DNA from: Eukaryota sp. TZLM1-RC
Taxonomy: Eukaryota; Protista; Metamonada: BaSk clade
Assembly (NCBI GenBank): GCA_040285825.1
Contig: JAUPSS010000008.1
Location: 248,001-312,000 of the forward strand
Length of the DNA stretch: 64,000 nt
Direction of reading: 5' to 3'
The stretch's first letter is position 1. The number at the start of each line of letters is the position of its first letter. The notes below the pieces were generated by a model. The model was not told the origin of the DNA. It made no database searches and saw only the letters and a program-made list of their open reading frames with translations. The translations under genes and the position numbers were made by a program. Shown piece by piece: positions 11,189-22,300 of the stretch.

Positions 11189-11662
11189 TGTTGTCGTTAG
11201 GCTTTATGCTAGCTGTATGTATGGATTTGTGTTAGTAAAGGCGGGTTAAGATAAAGATAATTTTATTTAATGTTATTCTATATACTTAGGTACTCACTAG
11301 TGATAACCTACACTACCTTCTCCCGTTTTCTTAATTAAAATTATTTACAGTTGTTCTTCCGCTTTCTTTGCGGATAATGCGTTTGCTGAGGCACGGGGAG
11401 TGCCCGAGCTGCGTTGTTGGATTTAATAGATTTACGTTTTCTTTTATTAGGTTTCTTATTAAATCGTTGATACGCTTCTGAATTTCTGATAAAATGCAGT
11501 GGTTCCTCGGTAGTATCTGAACCAAACCATCTTACAGTACAGAAGGGTCCTTGAGCAGTGTTATATTCGTCAAGGATTTCTTCGATGACATGTTTACCTG
11601 AATCAGTAGCCGCGATTGCCCTAAATAGATCAACATCGTTAGAATTGTCAGCGTTATAAATT
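11189..11662 (-). mobile_element. Gypsy/chromovirus 3' remnant: chromodomain, PPT and 124-bp LTR (11189-11312)
   Basis: Minus strand encodes HVIEEILDEYNTAQGPFCTVRWFGSDTTEEPL (chromodomain-like). PPT gaaaacgggagaaggtag precedes a TG...CA LTR. Homologous to 38366-38890. Confidence 0.75.
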
Positions 11663-11679
11663 TATAACTTTATAAATTA

Positions 11680-12322
11680 TAAACGAAAAATCAATCACTC
11701 CGCTTCACTGACCCACTCATCAATAGATGTTTATGACGTGCAGAAATTGAACCATTATCTGCTTGAAATATCAACTATCAGTGACTATAAGGATTATGAA
11801 GGTAATAACGTAAGACGATCAATGCTAAAGCAGCAATTATATCTGAGTGCTCGAAAAGCATTGAGGAGAAACACATTTGACTTCTTTATAAGAAAACAGA
11901 GAAGATTCAGGTCAATTATCAACAAAGTGAAAAAATTTGCAGACGGTCGAGAAGTAAAGGTGTGGTTTGGCAATGGAGGTGGTGGTACATCACGTCAAAA
12001 AGTGAAAACTCCACGTAAGGCGTTTCTCAAGTTGTTACAATGTTCATTTGCTAATGTGAAGATCGAAGATGAATATATGACATCTGCAAAGGTAAACTGC
12101 TGCAAAATGCTACACCAAAAGATCTATCAATAAGTTGATGGTGAAGTTAAAGTTCACAACGCCTATTTCAGTTGTCCGGAATGTAATCAAGTAAGGTCCA
12201 GAGACATTTTTACATCACTAAATCAGCTAGAAATTGCAATTAGTGAGCACTACTATGGAACAAGACCAGAAGCGCTCCAGAGACCACAAAGAAACTACCT
12301 TCAAAGCTACGTATTGTTCTAG
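11680..12322 (+). pseudogene. Fanzor1 C-terminal half, 5'-truncated, one in-frame stop
   Basis: VWFGNG, DEYMTS (RuvC-II), CC...CPEC (Zn finger), SRDIFTSLN (RuvC-III) and GTRPEALQR. The frame continues past TAA at 12131-12133 to TAG at 12320-12322. Confidence 0.85.
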
Positions 12323-12424
12323 AGAAGAAATGGGCTCACTGAGATTGGTGGCCAATTATTCGAGGATTCTAGAACGTTTGTGGACAATCTCACCAAGAAT
12401 GAAAGTTCTTGGAATAAGTTTCAA
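12316..12424 (+). ncRNA. Candidate Fanzor omegaRNA scaffold
   Basis: Lies directly 3' of the Fanzor ORF. Stem 12340-47/12385-92, crossing stem 12316-23/12368-75 and hairpin ccaagaat-GAAA-gttcttgg (12393-12412); ends TTTCAA. Confidence 0.5.
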
Positions 12425-12443
12425 TGATGCTTAAAAAAAACTC

Positions 12444-13120
12444 AATTTATTGAATTTGCACACTTGATTAAATTAAATCATAACTAATGGGACGACTATC
12501 ATTAAACCAAGATTTCCTCTACAAAATCTTGATTTGCTTGCTGTCTAGCTAAAGCTTCTCTAATTCGATTGAAAAACCGCGGTAATCTATTAATAATGGC
12601 AAATTGAATCCGTGAACGCCATAAAAAAATATCAAATCTTTTCATTGTTTTTTCTTTCACCATTTTTTGGAAGTCATCCAAAAAAGTTTCTGCTTCAACT
12701 GATAATCTTCCATTTATCGAAAATGGGAAAGCAATAAAAACCAGCTGTGTATTTCTATCGACATTTGCATCTTCAATTTCTTTATCATATTTACTATGTT
12801 TTTCTTTTGTTTTAAAATCCAGAGCAGCCACAGGATTAAGTTTTCTTCTGTGAACCAAAGTATCGTTTGCAACATTACATGAGACAAAGTCAACAATAGC
12901 TTCAGAATTATCAATCCAATCACAGTATACATCACCTCTATCATCAGAACCAAAATTATTCAGAGAAAGTGTTTCCTTCAGCAGGGGCTCTTTGATACAC
13001 GATATCCTTGCAGTTTGTGCCATATTGAAAACAGTGTCTCTAACAGCATCATGTAATGAAGAACGATAAGTTATCAATTTAGAGCAATTTAGAGCATGGC
13101 GCAAAGTGAGTTGAGGTGAA
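12444..13120 (-). mobile_element. 5'-truncated RLE-type (CRE/SLACS-like) non-LTR retrotransposon, family 1
   Basis: HALNC..HDAVRD Zn motif and RGD..VDFV..K..KY RLE motif; ~5 aa differences over 200 aa from the 22301-24222 copy; imperfect 19-bp TSD 12425-12443/13121-13139. Confidence 0.9.
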
Positions 13121-15126
13121 TGATGCTTGAAAACATTTCAAAAACCACAGATAATACACTATTTCTCATGCCAACTCTTTTTGTCACCAATGGGAGCGTT
13201 GTTACTCCTGTTTCCTGTACCTTAGAGCAAACTTTTCATACCTCTTTGGCACATCTTTTTGATTTTTCTAACAAAGGCTGCTCCCTAACTATTTATCACC
13301 CTATTTCTGGACTAACTTTTACAAACGTTGACCCAAATGCTGAGACTGGTCTTTTCATCAATGATTTGGCAGACGTTTTTGTTGATGCACCCCCTAAAAC
13401 TAAGAAAGTCTTATCACAGCAATATGTTTCCGAAGATGAGATTGCTTCCATTTACAATGAGGCCAAGGCACGCTTCGACGAATCCGACTACCAACAAGCC
13501 ATCAAGCTCATTGATCAGGCACTTCATTTACGATCCATCCATTCTCCCTCCCATCTGCTCGCTGCTGACATCCATGAGCTCTCCGGTCAACACACCAAAG
13601 CAATTCAACACCTCAAAAAAGGTTTTAGTCTGACTAAGGATTGTGAGTTGCTGGTTCGAATAGGACGTCTCTACGAGCAACTCGATGATGTAGACAACGC
13701 ACTTGATTACTATTCCCAGGCAAGTACCAGAAATGATAAGTTTGCCACGTATGCATTAGCTGGCCGTTGTGGAATTTGCCGTTGCTTAATCTCAAAGAAA
13801 CAGTTTGATAAAGCCGCACAAGTTGTTTCCATCAACTTGAGGTTCACTGAAAATCATCCTGAATCATTGTTGTGTTATTCAAGGGTGCTCATTGAGGACT
13901 CCAACATGAGTTCTAATCTTGATTCAAAAAAAGAGGCCTTAAAGGCTCTGATCAAGTCACTTGCTGCTGGGGAAACTGTTGAGACTGTATCTATTTTAGG
14001 AAAGTTACTGAAATCAAACCTTGATTTGATTGATGATTTGATTGAATTGATTGGTAGCGGTCCAACAACACCTTGGTCTCTTAAACTGATCGGATCCCAA
14101 CTATTATCATCTGGATACTTTCTCCCTGCATGTACTTTGCTAAAGAAGGCCGCGAGATCCTTTCCTGATCAATCTGCATTGGTTTATGAACTCATGATGG
14201 CTCTTGAAGTTTGCTGCAAGCCCTTAGATTCTATTACTGAGGCTTTGCGATATTTTGCTGCAATGGACGGTAAATCTTTTGAAGGTTTCCCTTTGAGAGA
14301 GGTGCGCAGGGCACTCGACAACGTTTTGTCTCTTCAAGATTTATCTTTTCCCGCCAGTTGTATTTATGATTTCCGTTCTGTTTTTGATTTATCCATTTTA
14401 CAATCCTTGTCCAAAGAAAATGTCAAGATTAGCACTGAGTTCTCAACCACAAGTAATAATTCATTCACAAGCGCCGTGTTGATGGTTGTTATCAGATGTC
14501 TTTTTTCTTTAGGGGCCCATTCTCTTATCTCTGATTTAAAGGAAGTTATTGCTAAGTGGATAATTAATCAGACCACATTACCAGCTGAAAGTATTGTCAA
14601 TGATTGGGAAATTGCTGTTCAAATTCTAATCAAACTGACTCAATCAAAGCCCAAAAGTTCTGATTTATGCTTTTGTAATAGAATGCTTGTTTTTGGTGAT
14701 TATGAATTGGATTTTGTTTTTGAAGACCATTCGGTTGGTGGTAACTCTTTTACTTTTGTCCCTATTCTTTTCCCTCGTTTGGACATCATGGGCTTTAAGC
14801 TACCTCAATCTTATCAACGACAATGTTTTGTAAAGTTTGCTTCTTTAGTTTCTGCAAAGTCTAATGTTTTATTCAAGTTTTCTGGTCATGGTTTGGCAGA
14901 ATGGGTTGAAAAAAAAGTAACAACATTAGTTTTCGCCAACGAAGGAGAGGCAATCGATTCCATTATTGATGCTTTAGTAGAAAATATGACCGTTATTGCT
15001 ACTAAAAGAAAAAGCACTGTGTTTGGAAGATTTGAAAGTAAAAACGAGCAAGATTTTATTGAAAAGCTCAACATCAAATTGAAAAACAAAGTAGCAGCTT
15101 TGAATAATATTCATTTTTTTGAATAA
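13120..15126 (+). CDS. TPR-repeat protein (true start may be ATG 13168)
   Basis: 668-aa ORF with TPR-like helices (YQQAIKLIDQAL, LLVRIGRLYEQLDDVDNALDYYSQA). ATG 13120 overlaps the retrotransposon junction/TSD. Confidence 0.8.
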   Translation: MMLENISKTTDNTLFLMPTLFVTNGSVVTPVSCTLEQTFHTSLAHLFDFSNKGCSLTIYHPISGLTFTNVDPNAETGLFINDLADVFVDAPPKTKKVLSQQYVSEDEIASIYNEAKARFDESDYQQAIKLIDQALHLRSIHSPSHLLAADIHELSGQHTKAIQHLKKGFSLTKDCELLVRIGRLYEQLDDVDNALDYYSQASTRNDKFATYALAGRCGICRCLISKKQFDKAAQVVSINLRFTENHPESLLCYSRVLIEDSNMSSNLDSKKEALKALIKSLAAGETVETVSILGKLLKSNLDLIDDLIELIGSGPTTPWSLKLIGSQLLSSGYFLPACTLLKKAARSFPDQSALVYELMMALEVCCKPLDSITEALRYFAAMDGKSFEGFPLREVRRALDNVLSLQDLSFPASCIYDFRSVFDLSILQSLSKENVKISTEFSTTSNNSFTSAVLMVVIRCLFSLGAHSLISDLKEVIAKWIINQTTLPAESIVNDWEIAVQILIKLTQSKPKSSDLCFCNRMLVFGDYELDFVFEDHSVGGNSFTFVPILFPRLDIMGFKLPQSYQRQCFVKFASLVSAKSNVLFKFSGHGLAEWVEKKVTTLVFANEGEAIDSIIDALVENMTVIATKRKSTVFGRFESKNEQDFIEKLNIKLKNKVAALNNIHFFE

Positions 15127-15206
15127 ATATTGTGCTTCGTTTCAATAAATAAAATAAACCAGCTGTTTTCGCGAATTAATAAATACAAATTAATGTACAA
15201 CAACAT

Positions 15207-18200
15207 TCACTTACTACAGTGCACTCTAATATTTACAATTACCAAATAGTCGTTTCCACCTCCGCTGAACTTGATTTCTAAATCTTCTTCAAGAAACTGA
15301 CTAGGCTTTGAATCATTTGAGTTATTCAAGGTAAAATCGATTACCTTCTTTGAGTTTTTAGGAATGGTTGTTGGTTGTATTGGGTTGAGTAGTGAAGACT
15401 TGGTCCCTGCAAAGGAAAAATCAAAAGACTCACTATTGTAAATAATAAAGTTCTTGGTCAATGATTGCTCATCATCACAGTCTAAAGTGAAATAAACGCC
15501 AACATCTTCAGTTAATGATTGACTAACAGTGCTTAAAATTCCATCACAAAAGATTGCAATTGGTGAATCAATAGCTGAAAAAGACAGATGACAAGAAGAA
15601 AGAGAAAGACTTCCCAGAAAAGCGGTTATGAGTACTGATTGATCAATCAAAACTGATTGAGGACTTAAACAGACTCCAAGGTCATATTTTTCATTTGCAA
15701 ATAACTTTCTTTTTAAAACTAAAGGAGAAACTGAGGAGCAATCACTTGAAAAACCAACAAACAAGTCTTTTGTGTCAGAGCTATTTAGTACCGAGATGAA
15801 AACTTCTTCAGTACAACCAACTTTCCTCACACCCAAATCAATTGAATCATTTCCAAAGGTAATAACCTTTTCTTGCACACTTCCTTTTAATGCAATACGT
15901 TCAAGTAATTGACCATTGTTTGACTCAACTGAAACCTTGGCTGAAGATGACTTCTGACCATCTTGAGGGTAAAAAAAGACTTTAACTGCACGGGTTTCTT
16001 GCGGTTCCATATTTAAAAATTTGGTCATACCTAGTTCAAAACAAGATAGTGGCGGAACAGATAGGGAGATATGAGAAACAACAGTGCTGGAAATATTGGT
16101 AACACTTAATTCAGAGTATGGTTTAATTGAAGAAATTTCCAAATTTTTAGGAGAAACCTCAACCACTTTTGGTTCCAAATTAGCCTTAACATTTAAATAA
16201 TGATCAAAAACCAAACCCATGCTATCAACAATGACAGGTAATGTAGCAAAGAAAGGTCCAGGCTCGACGTTGGTAGGTTCAAACATCAAAAAAATTGATT
16301 GAAATTGATCTTTTTCGATTAGAAATTCATTGGGGACGGCCTTAATCATTGGCAAATCTGGAATAATTACTTTAACAGAATTACTTTCGCAATTTCTTAT
16401 AGTTATAGACTGTTGAACAACAACATTGCTTGTGATTGGACCAAAACTTACAACATCAGAGGAAAAAACTAAAGGACTATAGATAGAAGTAAATGAAAAA
16501 TTGACTGAAAGTTTGCAATAAGATCCAATAATATAAAAAGACACATCAGATAGCGAACAAGATGCCAAAGGAGTCAAAACAAGGCCAATTTTGATCTTAC
16601 TGTGTGATTTGATTGAATCATAACAAATGAATTGAAGGTTGTATTTTCTTGATTTCTTCCAATCAAATTTGATTAACTGATCTAAATCAGATTGATTTTT
16701 GAGTTCCAAATCAACCATAATAGACTGACCGACCACCAGTAAAGGAAACTGTAGATGAAAATTATCTAAAATAAGCTCACAATCAGTTCCAACAATTGAA
16801 AGCAAATGGGAATAATTCATAGAAGAATCCTGTAAATCAAGAATGAATTCCAAGTCAATCTGATCAATTACAGAAACATTAACAATAAATTCGAAAACAA
16901 AAGGTGTATTTGGTTGTAAGTAAATTTCATTAGAACTTATGAAAGTTAGACTTGTGTATGGATTGGTCTTATGCCGAATAAAAACTTTTTTGGCAGATTT
17001 AGAATCATTTAACAATGTAAAGGATAATTTTTGATCATTGTTAACTGGACAAAGGACGTGATTTTGATGGTGATTGTGATTGATTACTTTGATTGGAAAC
17101 TCCGATTGACTAGCCTTGATAGTGATTAACTGAGAACCAGTGCCGACATTGGAAGTTGAATTGACAAAAAAGGTGCCTTCATATTCCCCAGAGCTATGTG
17201 GAGCAATCAATAATTTGATAGCTTTTGATTGAAATGGGTCGATGAGTATTTGATCTTTGGGCAGGTAAAAAACCGAGTTACTGTTGACCAAAGTGGACTC
17301 AAAAGACTTAAAAGGACCAGAGTAATAACTAAATAAATTGTTAGCTTCAGCCTTGACGTTAATACTGATGAGATAAGCCGATTTATTAGAAATCTTAAGC
17401 ATTTTAGAAATAGACTCCCCATAGTTTAATTCACCAACATCTATGTTCAAAGGGTTGATGGAGACTGAATGTTTTGACAATCTTAATTTAATAGGAATTT
17501 TCAAAAAAGAATGGGTGTTCAAATGAGGAATCTGAGTCTTAACCCAAAGCAAATCATCAATATCAGCGTCAATGTCTTCAAATATAACTTCAAATGAACT
17601 GGTCATACCCGGGCTTACTTTCCCAGGAGGATTATGGCACACTGAAATTTTGGGGTTGAGATCAGTATCGACAACACTGAATGAAGCACGCTGTCTGTGA
17701 ACATTAGTCAAAGAAACTTTACATTTGAAAGCTTCTCCCTTTTTAATATTCAGGAATTTTAAGTTTTGAGGATTTGCTGAGAATGAAGGATTCAAGTTGG
17801 TGGTTTTTGTCAAACTGTTTCGATAATTTGCTAACTGGGAGCCAAAATTTTGCTGCTCTAGCTTGGACAGTCTCGAAATATTGGGATAACGACCAATTCT
17901 GTTCATAATTGAATTAAAGTCGCCCAAAGTCAAAGAATGTGAAAGTTCGACTTTTGACTTTGATTGAACATTTTCAATCAAACTGCCAGATGGTTTGATT
18001 GATGATTGATTGAGGAGATCATTTGACTGTGATACACTGGAATCAATCGAATCAATCTGAGCTTGATCTCTATTGGCTAAATTTTCGAGAAGTACCAAAT
18101 CGTGTTGATTGAACGAATCACCACTACCTGGAATAATTTCATTTTTCAACTCAATTACCAATTGATTAAGTTCTGAATTCACAAGCTGATTAATATTATC

Positions 18201-18857
18201 TTTAGAAGAATTTTCTTTTGATTTCTTCAATTCTTCTCTTTTTTTGTTGAGTCTATTAAATTCCATTTTCCTGGATAATACATGACGATTGACCCCTTCA
18301 GAAAGTCGAGCATTTTCAATCAAAATTGATTGAAGTTTACCCTTTTCAATCAATCGGTCTTTTGATTTCTGTAGATCTTCACGGTCTTTGGCCCGAATAA
18401 TCTCTACTTTTTGATCAAGGTATTCAAGATTCTTCCTTTTTTGAACTTCACAAACTGTGCGAGAAGGATTAATGTCACAATTATTGGCATATTTCTTCCT
18501 TGAATCACCGAGTCTTTTTAATGCCTTCTTCTGCTCTACTTTGGCTACTTCCTCCATGTTTCGTTGTTTGGTTGCAGTGAGAGATAGACGTTGCTGTTGA
18601 TCGTCAAGTTGCTTCTGACGACTTTTGAGTACGTTCTGAGCTCGACAGAGTTCGGAAGATAATGTATTCTTTGCTTTTTCCTTTCTGTGATTTAGGTCTG
18701 ATTGGTCGGTCTTATATAACTGATTATCTTCATCTGAAAGTTCGCTTAAAGAGACAAGAGAGGCAGCGAGTGTGGAGGGTTCAAAAGTCGAAGAAATAGT
18801 TGAATGTCGAATAGAGAGATCCCCTAGATCATCAATAGTTTCGCCTAACTGGCTCAT
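15207..18857 (-). CDS. CFAP74: CFAP74-like flagellar protein (coiled coil + ASH/MSP Ig-like domains)
   Basis: N-terminal coiled coil; FSANPQNLKF..G....VSLTNV and PPGKVSPGM motifs; repeated P..l.FG...l.i.N ASH-type domains. Confidence 0.65.
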   Translation of the reverse strand: MSQLGETIDDLGDLSIRHSTISSTFEPSTLAASLVSLSELSDEDNQLYKTDQSDLNHRKEKAKNTLSSELCRAQNVLKSRQKQLDDQQQRLSLTATKQRNMEEVAKVEQKKALKRLGDSRKKYANNCDINPSRTVCEVQKRKNLEYLDQKVEIIRAKDREDLQKSKDRLIEKGKLQSILIENARLSEGVNRHVLSRKMEFNRLNKKREELKKSKENSSKDNINQLVNSELNQLVIELKNEIIPGSGDSFNQHDLVLLENLANRDQAQIDSIDSSVSQSNDLLNQSSIKPSGSLIENVQSKSKVELSHSLTLGDFNSIMNRIGRYPNISRLSKLEQQNFGSQLANYRNSLTKTTNLNPSFSANPQNLKFLNIKKGEAFKCKVSLTNVHRQRASFSVVDTDLNPKISVCHNPPGKVSPGMTSSFEVIFEDIDADIDDLLWVKTQIPHLNTHSFLKIPIKLRLSKHSVSINPLNIDVGELNYGESISKMLKISNKSAYLISINVKAEANNLFSYYSGPFKSFESTLVNSNSVFYLPKDQILIDPFQSKAIKLLIAPHSSGEYEGTFFVNSTSNVGTGSQLITIKASQSEFPIKVINHNHHQNHVLCPVNNDQKLSFTLLNDSKSAKKVFIRHKTNPYTSLTFISSNEIYLQPNTPFVFEFIVNVSVIDQIDLEFILDLQDSSMNYSHLLSIVGTDCELILDNFHLQFPLLVVGQSIMVDLELKNQSDLDQLIKFDWKKSRKYNLQFICYDSIKSHSKIKIGLVLTPLASCSLSDVSFYIIGSYCKLSVNFSFTSIYSPLVFSSDVVSFGPITSNVVVQQSITIRNCESNSVKVIIPDLPMIKAVPNEFLIEKDQFQSIFLMFEPTNVEPGPFFATLPVIVDSMGLVFDHYLNVKANLEPKVVEVSPKNLEISSIKPYSELSVTNISSTVVSHISLSVPPLSCFELGMTKFLNMEPQETRAVKVFFYPQDGQKSSSAKVSVESNNGQLLERIALKGSVQEKVITFGNDSIDLGVRKVGCTEEVFISVLNSSDTKDLFVGFSSDCSSVSPLVLKRKLFANEKYDLGVCLSPQSVLIDQSVLITAFLGSLSLSSCHLSFSAIDSPIAIFCDGILSTVSQSLTEDVGVYFTLDCDDEQSLTKNFIIYNSESFDFSFAGTKSSLLNPIQPTTIPKNSKKVIDFTLNNSNDSKPSQFLEEDLEIKFSGGGNDYLVIVNIRVHCSK

Positions 18858-19013
18858 TATTACAGATATTGTCTATAACAATGAAATAAGTGTCCTTTTT
18901 ACACCAATGTAGAGGATCTGAGCTTTTGGGAAGTGGAAGATTTTCTCCTTGACACCTTTTCCTTTGAACCTTCATCAATTTTGGCTCATTAGAGCTACAA
19001 TGCCCTATCTCCA
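18858..19013 (-). promoter_or_regulatory. Shared ~155-bp upstream element abutting the CFAP74-like ATG (copy 1)
   Basis: 87/95 identity over the ATG-proximal 95 nt to 53047-53141; homology ends at the start codon. The regulatory role is inferred. Confidence 0.55.
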
Positions 19014-19129
19014 GCATTTCTACTGGATTCCTATTTAAACACATTTCTCAAGCCCAGTCTAATTTTTCCTTTCTTTGTTCAGTAGGTCTTTTTAACTTCA
19101 GGTGTTTTGTTGTTCCCAGTGTCGGCTTG

Positions 19130-21200
19130 AATTGATTTATTGAACTGGCACACTTAACAAAATGAACTCATAATTAATGGGACGAAATTCATGGAACCAA
19201 GATCTCCACTACAAAATCTTGATCTGCTTGCTGTCTAGCTAAAGCTTTCTAATTCGATTGAAAAACCGAGGCAATCTATTAAAAATGGCAAATTGAATTC
19301 GAGAGCGCCATAAAAAGATAACAAATCTTTTCATTGTTTTTTCTTGAACCATTTTTTGGAAATCATTCAAAAAAGTTTCTGCTTCTACTGATAGTCTTCC
19401 GTTTATCGAAAATGGGAAAGCAATAAAAACTAGTTGTGTATTTCTACCAGGATTAGCTTCTTCGATGACTTTATCATATTTTCTATGTTTTTTCTTTTGC
19501 TTTAAAATCAAGAGCACTTACAGGATTAAGTTTTCTTCTATGAACCAAAGTATCATTTGCAACATTACATGAGATAAAGTCAACAATAGCTTCAGAATTA
19601 TCAATCCAATCACAGTATACATCACCTCTATCATCAGAACCAAAATTATTCAGAGACATTGTTTCCTTCAACAGAGGCTCATTGATACACGATATTCTTG
19701 CAGTTTGTGCCATGTTGAAAACAGTGTCTCTAACAGCATCATGTAATGAAGAACGATAAGTTATCAATTTAGAGCAATTCAGAGCATGGCGCAAAGTGAG
19801 TTGAGGTGAATTCGAACAAATAAATTTTTCTTTTGATAATAATTGATTAATGGGGATGTTCAAATATAATCTCATTTTTGTTACAAATGCTTCATTAGTG
19901 GCACACAATCCAAATTTTCGTGGTACAATGGTTATAAAAAGTGAAGAATCTGATGACTTGTTTTCACAAACACCCTTTTCCAATAATAATCAGTGAAGAT
20001 CTTGATTTAAAACAGACGAGCTGCATATATTATTATAAAGATCATTTTCATACATTCCAGTCAATTGTTTCTGTAATGTTCGAAAGGTGTATTTTAAATT
20101 TAAAAGATTCTTTTCTGGAATATTGTCATTGAATGATTGGGGAAAGCAAAGACTCCATTTTTCTACAGTATTTTTTGAAATTTCTTAATTTAATGCAAAA
20201 ACAGTGGAACTTTGCGTTGTCATTGATCACTCTTCCCAATCGGCAAATCTTTTTGAAAACTCATTTATTGCATCACTGCATTCACCGATAAAAGCACATG
20301 AAGTAAGAATTGAAGCCTTTATCCAACCTAAACCGCCATAATGTGGACTAAGATAAGCATGATCTGGAATTTGGAACATTTTACATCCCAGTAATTGTGA
20401 CAGAACTCTTGCACGTAATTCATTAAACTTCTGGGCCAAAGGCCTAGTGATAAGAGGATTTGTAGATCGAAATATATGACTAAAGTTCGAACTAAAACAC
20501 AGTCTTATAATAGTAAATTTTATATGTTTTTGTATAGCTGAAGTCATCATTCGGTCAATTGTTTCGGAAATTGAGTTCAACTTTTCAAACAATTCATTAG
20601 TAATTTCATCATTATATCCTAAAAACGAACCCAAATGACGAATAGCCTCAATTGAATATAATTTGGCTTGAATTTCAATACCATCAACTATTGTAGCAAC
20701 TGGGAAATTCGAAAGTAAAAAACATTTCAGTAAATTAAGTTGTAGGCCACTTTTGTTAAATAGTTCTTTGAAACATACAGTTGCTTTTTTCACAATCTTT
20801 AAATTACCTATAAGAACAACATCATCCATATATGCAATCATTTTTGGCGAAGGAAACATCTTTTGAATTTGTAATAAAATGAAATGAATGGCCAAACAGA
20901 CCAAAAGAGGTCCTAAGGGATCTTTTTGCTTTACAAAACTTGATGATTTCAAAAATAGAATTACCAAAATGCAAATTAGAATTTGTGCAATATGTTGATT
21001 GGAAATAAGGCATTAATTCCGGCAAATATTGTAACAAAGTACCATAAATACTGCAACGACTGATTGAATTGAATACATTGCTAAAATCCAACGACATACA
21101 ACCATTGGACTTATTTTCACGAAATAATACTTCTGTAGCAAATATTGCCGAAGAAACTCCATCAGTGGTATTAACCTTGAATCAAATTCATCGCCCACTA
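19130..21200 (-). mobile_element. Degenerate RLE-type non-LTR retrotransposon, family 1
   Basis: LDFSNVFNSISR, KQKDPLGP, AYMDD, HDAVRD and RGD motifs over frameshifted ORFs; inverted relative to 22301-24222. Confidence 0.9.
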
Positions 21201-21559
21201 GAAGGAATCTCCTATTTCGAGGAGAACATTATTTTTAATGACAAATGGGCTTCAATTGTGTTCTTCTTCATTGTCTAGAGCAATCCAAAAAACACCTAAA
21301 ACAAAAGCTTAAGAACATTTCTTCGACAACTAGTCAATTCTAAACAATCGAATGGCCATTTGTCTTGTGAGAAATTAATATCTAACTGATGACAATTTGA
21401 TTGGTCAATGAGCTCACAATGAGTATTTAATTGATATTTCTAGCACACAATTCAAATATAGGTCCAATGAGATATTGGACTTTCATAGTATTTTGAATAT
21501 ATTACTTTATATTTAAATTTTATATATATTATATATTTGAAAATATTTTATATTTTCAA

Positions 21560-21810
21560 TGGGTAAATAAAACGGAATTCAATTAAATGTAAATCCAAAT
21601 TGTGGGAACGATTATCATTCTAGGGAACGTAAACCAAGATTTTAATCTACCAAAAAATTTATTGTGCAAATCTTAAATTTGTATGGAAAGGTGATGTTCC
21701 ATCATCGAGAAAATTTCCAATAAGACTTTAAAGAAACGCTGGTTATAGAACTTATTTAGTGAATGAAGTGTGTACTTGAAAACTTTGTGCCAATTGTGCT
21801 GATATAGGTC
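21560..21810 (+). pseudogene. Fanzor1 RuvC-II remnant
   Basis: TIIILGN...RNAGYRTYLVNEVCT*KLCANC matches the 'AGy.vylvdEy.TSk.C..C' motif, with stops. Confidence 0.6.
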
Positions 21811-22300
21811 AGTTCACAGATGTGACAAAGTATTATTACATATCACTAGAATCAAAAGACAAAAATTTTCTCAAGACCACCTGACGTTTCTCTTGAAACA
21901 GATGCTATCACAACTTATTGCTGTGGTCATTGCGGAATTTGACTCAAATGTTTCGAAATTAATTAACAAACAGAAACTCATTTTTGTGGTTTCCACTGAT
22001 TATAATCTGTTTTCTTCCGTATCTGATGATTGTTCACAGACTTTTGTTCATTTATTTCCCAATGAACTTTCAATGATCTAAAATTTTGATAATTGTCTTG
22101 AATACTCATCAACCAGACCATTTGGCTGGACATAACAACAAACAATTTGATTTGCCCTCTTTGAAAAATCGCTCTATCATTTATGGGAAGGATTTAATCA
22201 AAACAGAATACTTGTCTAAACCATTAAATGATATTTTGAATTTATTCATTGAAGATGTAAAAAATTTCAAAATTATAGATAGTCTTCAATAATGCAATAA

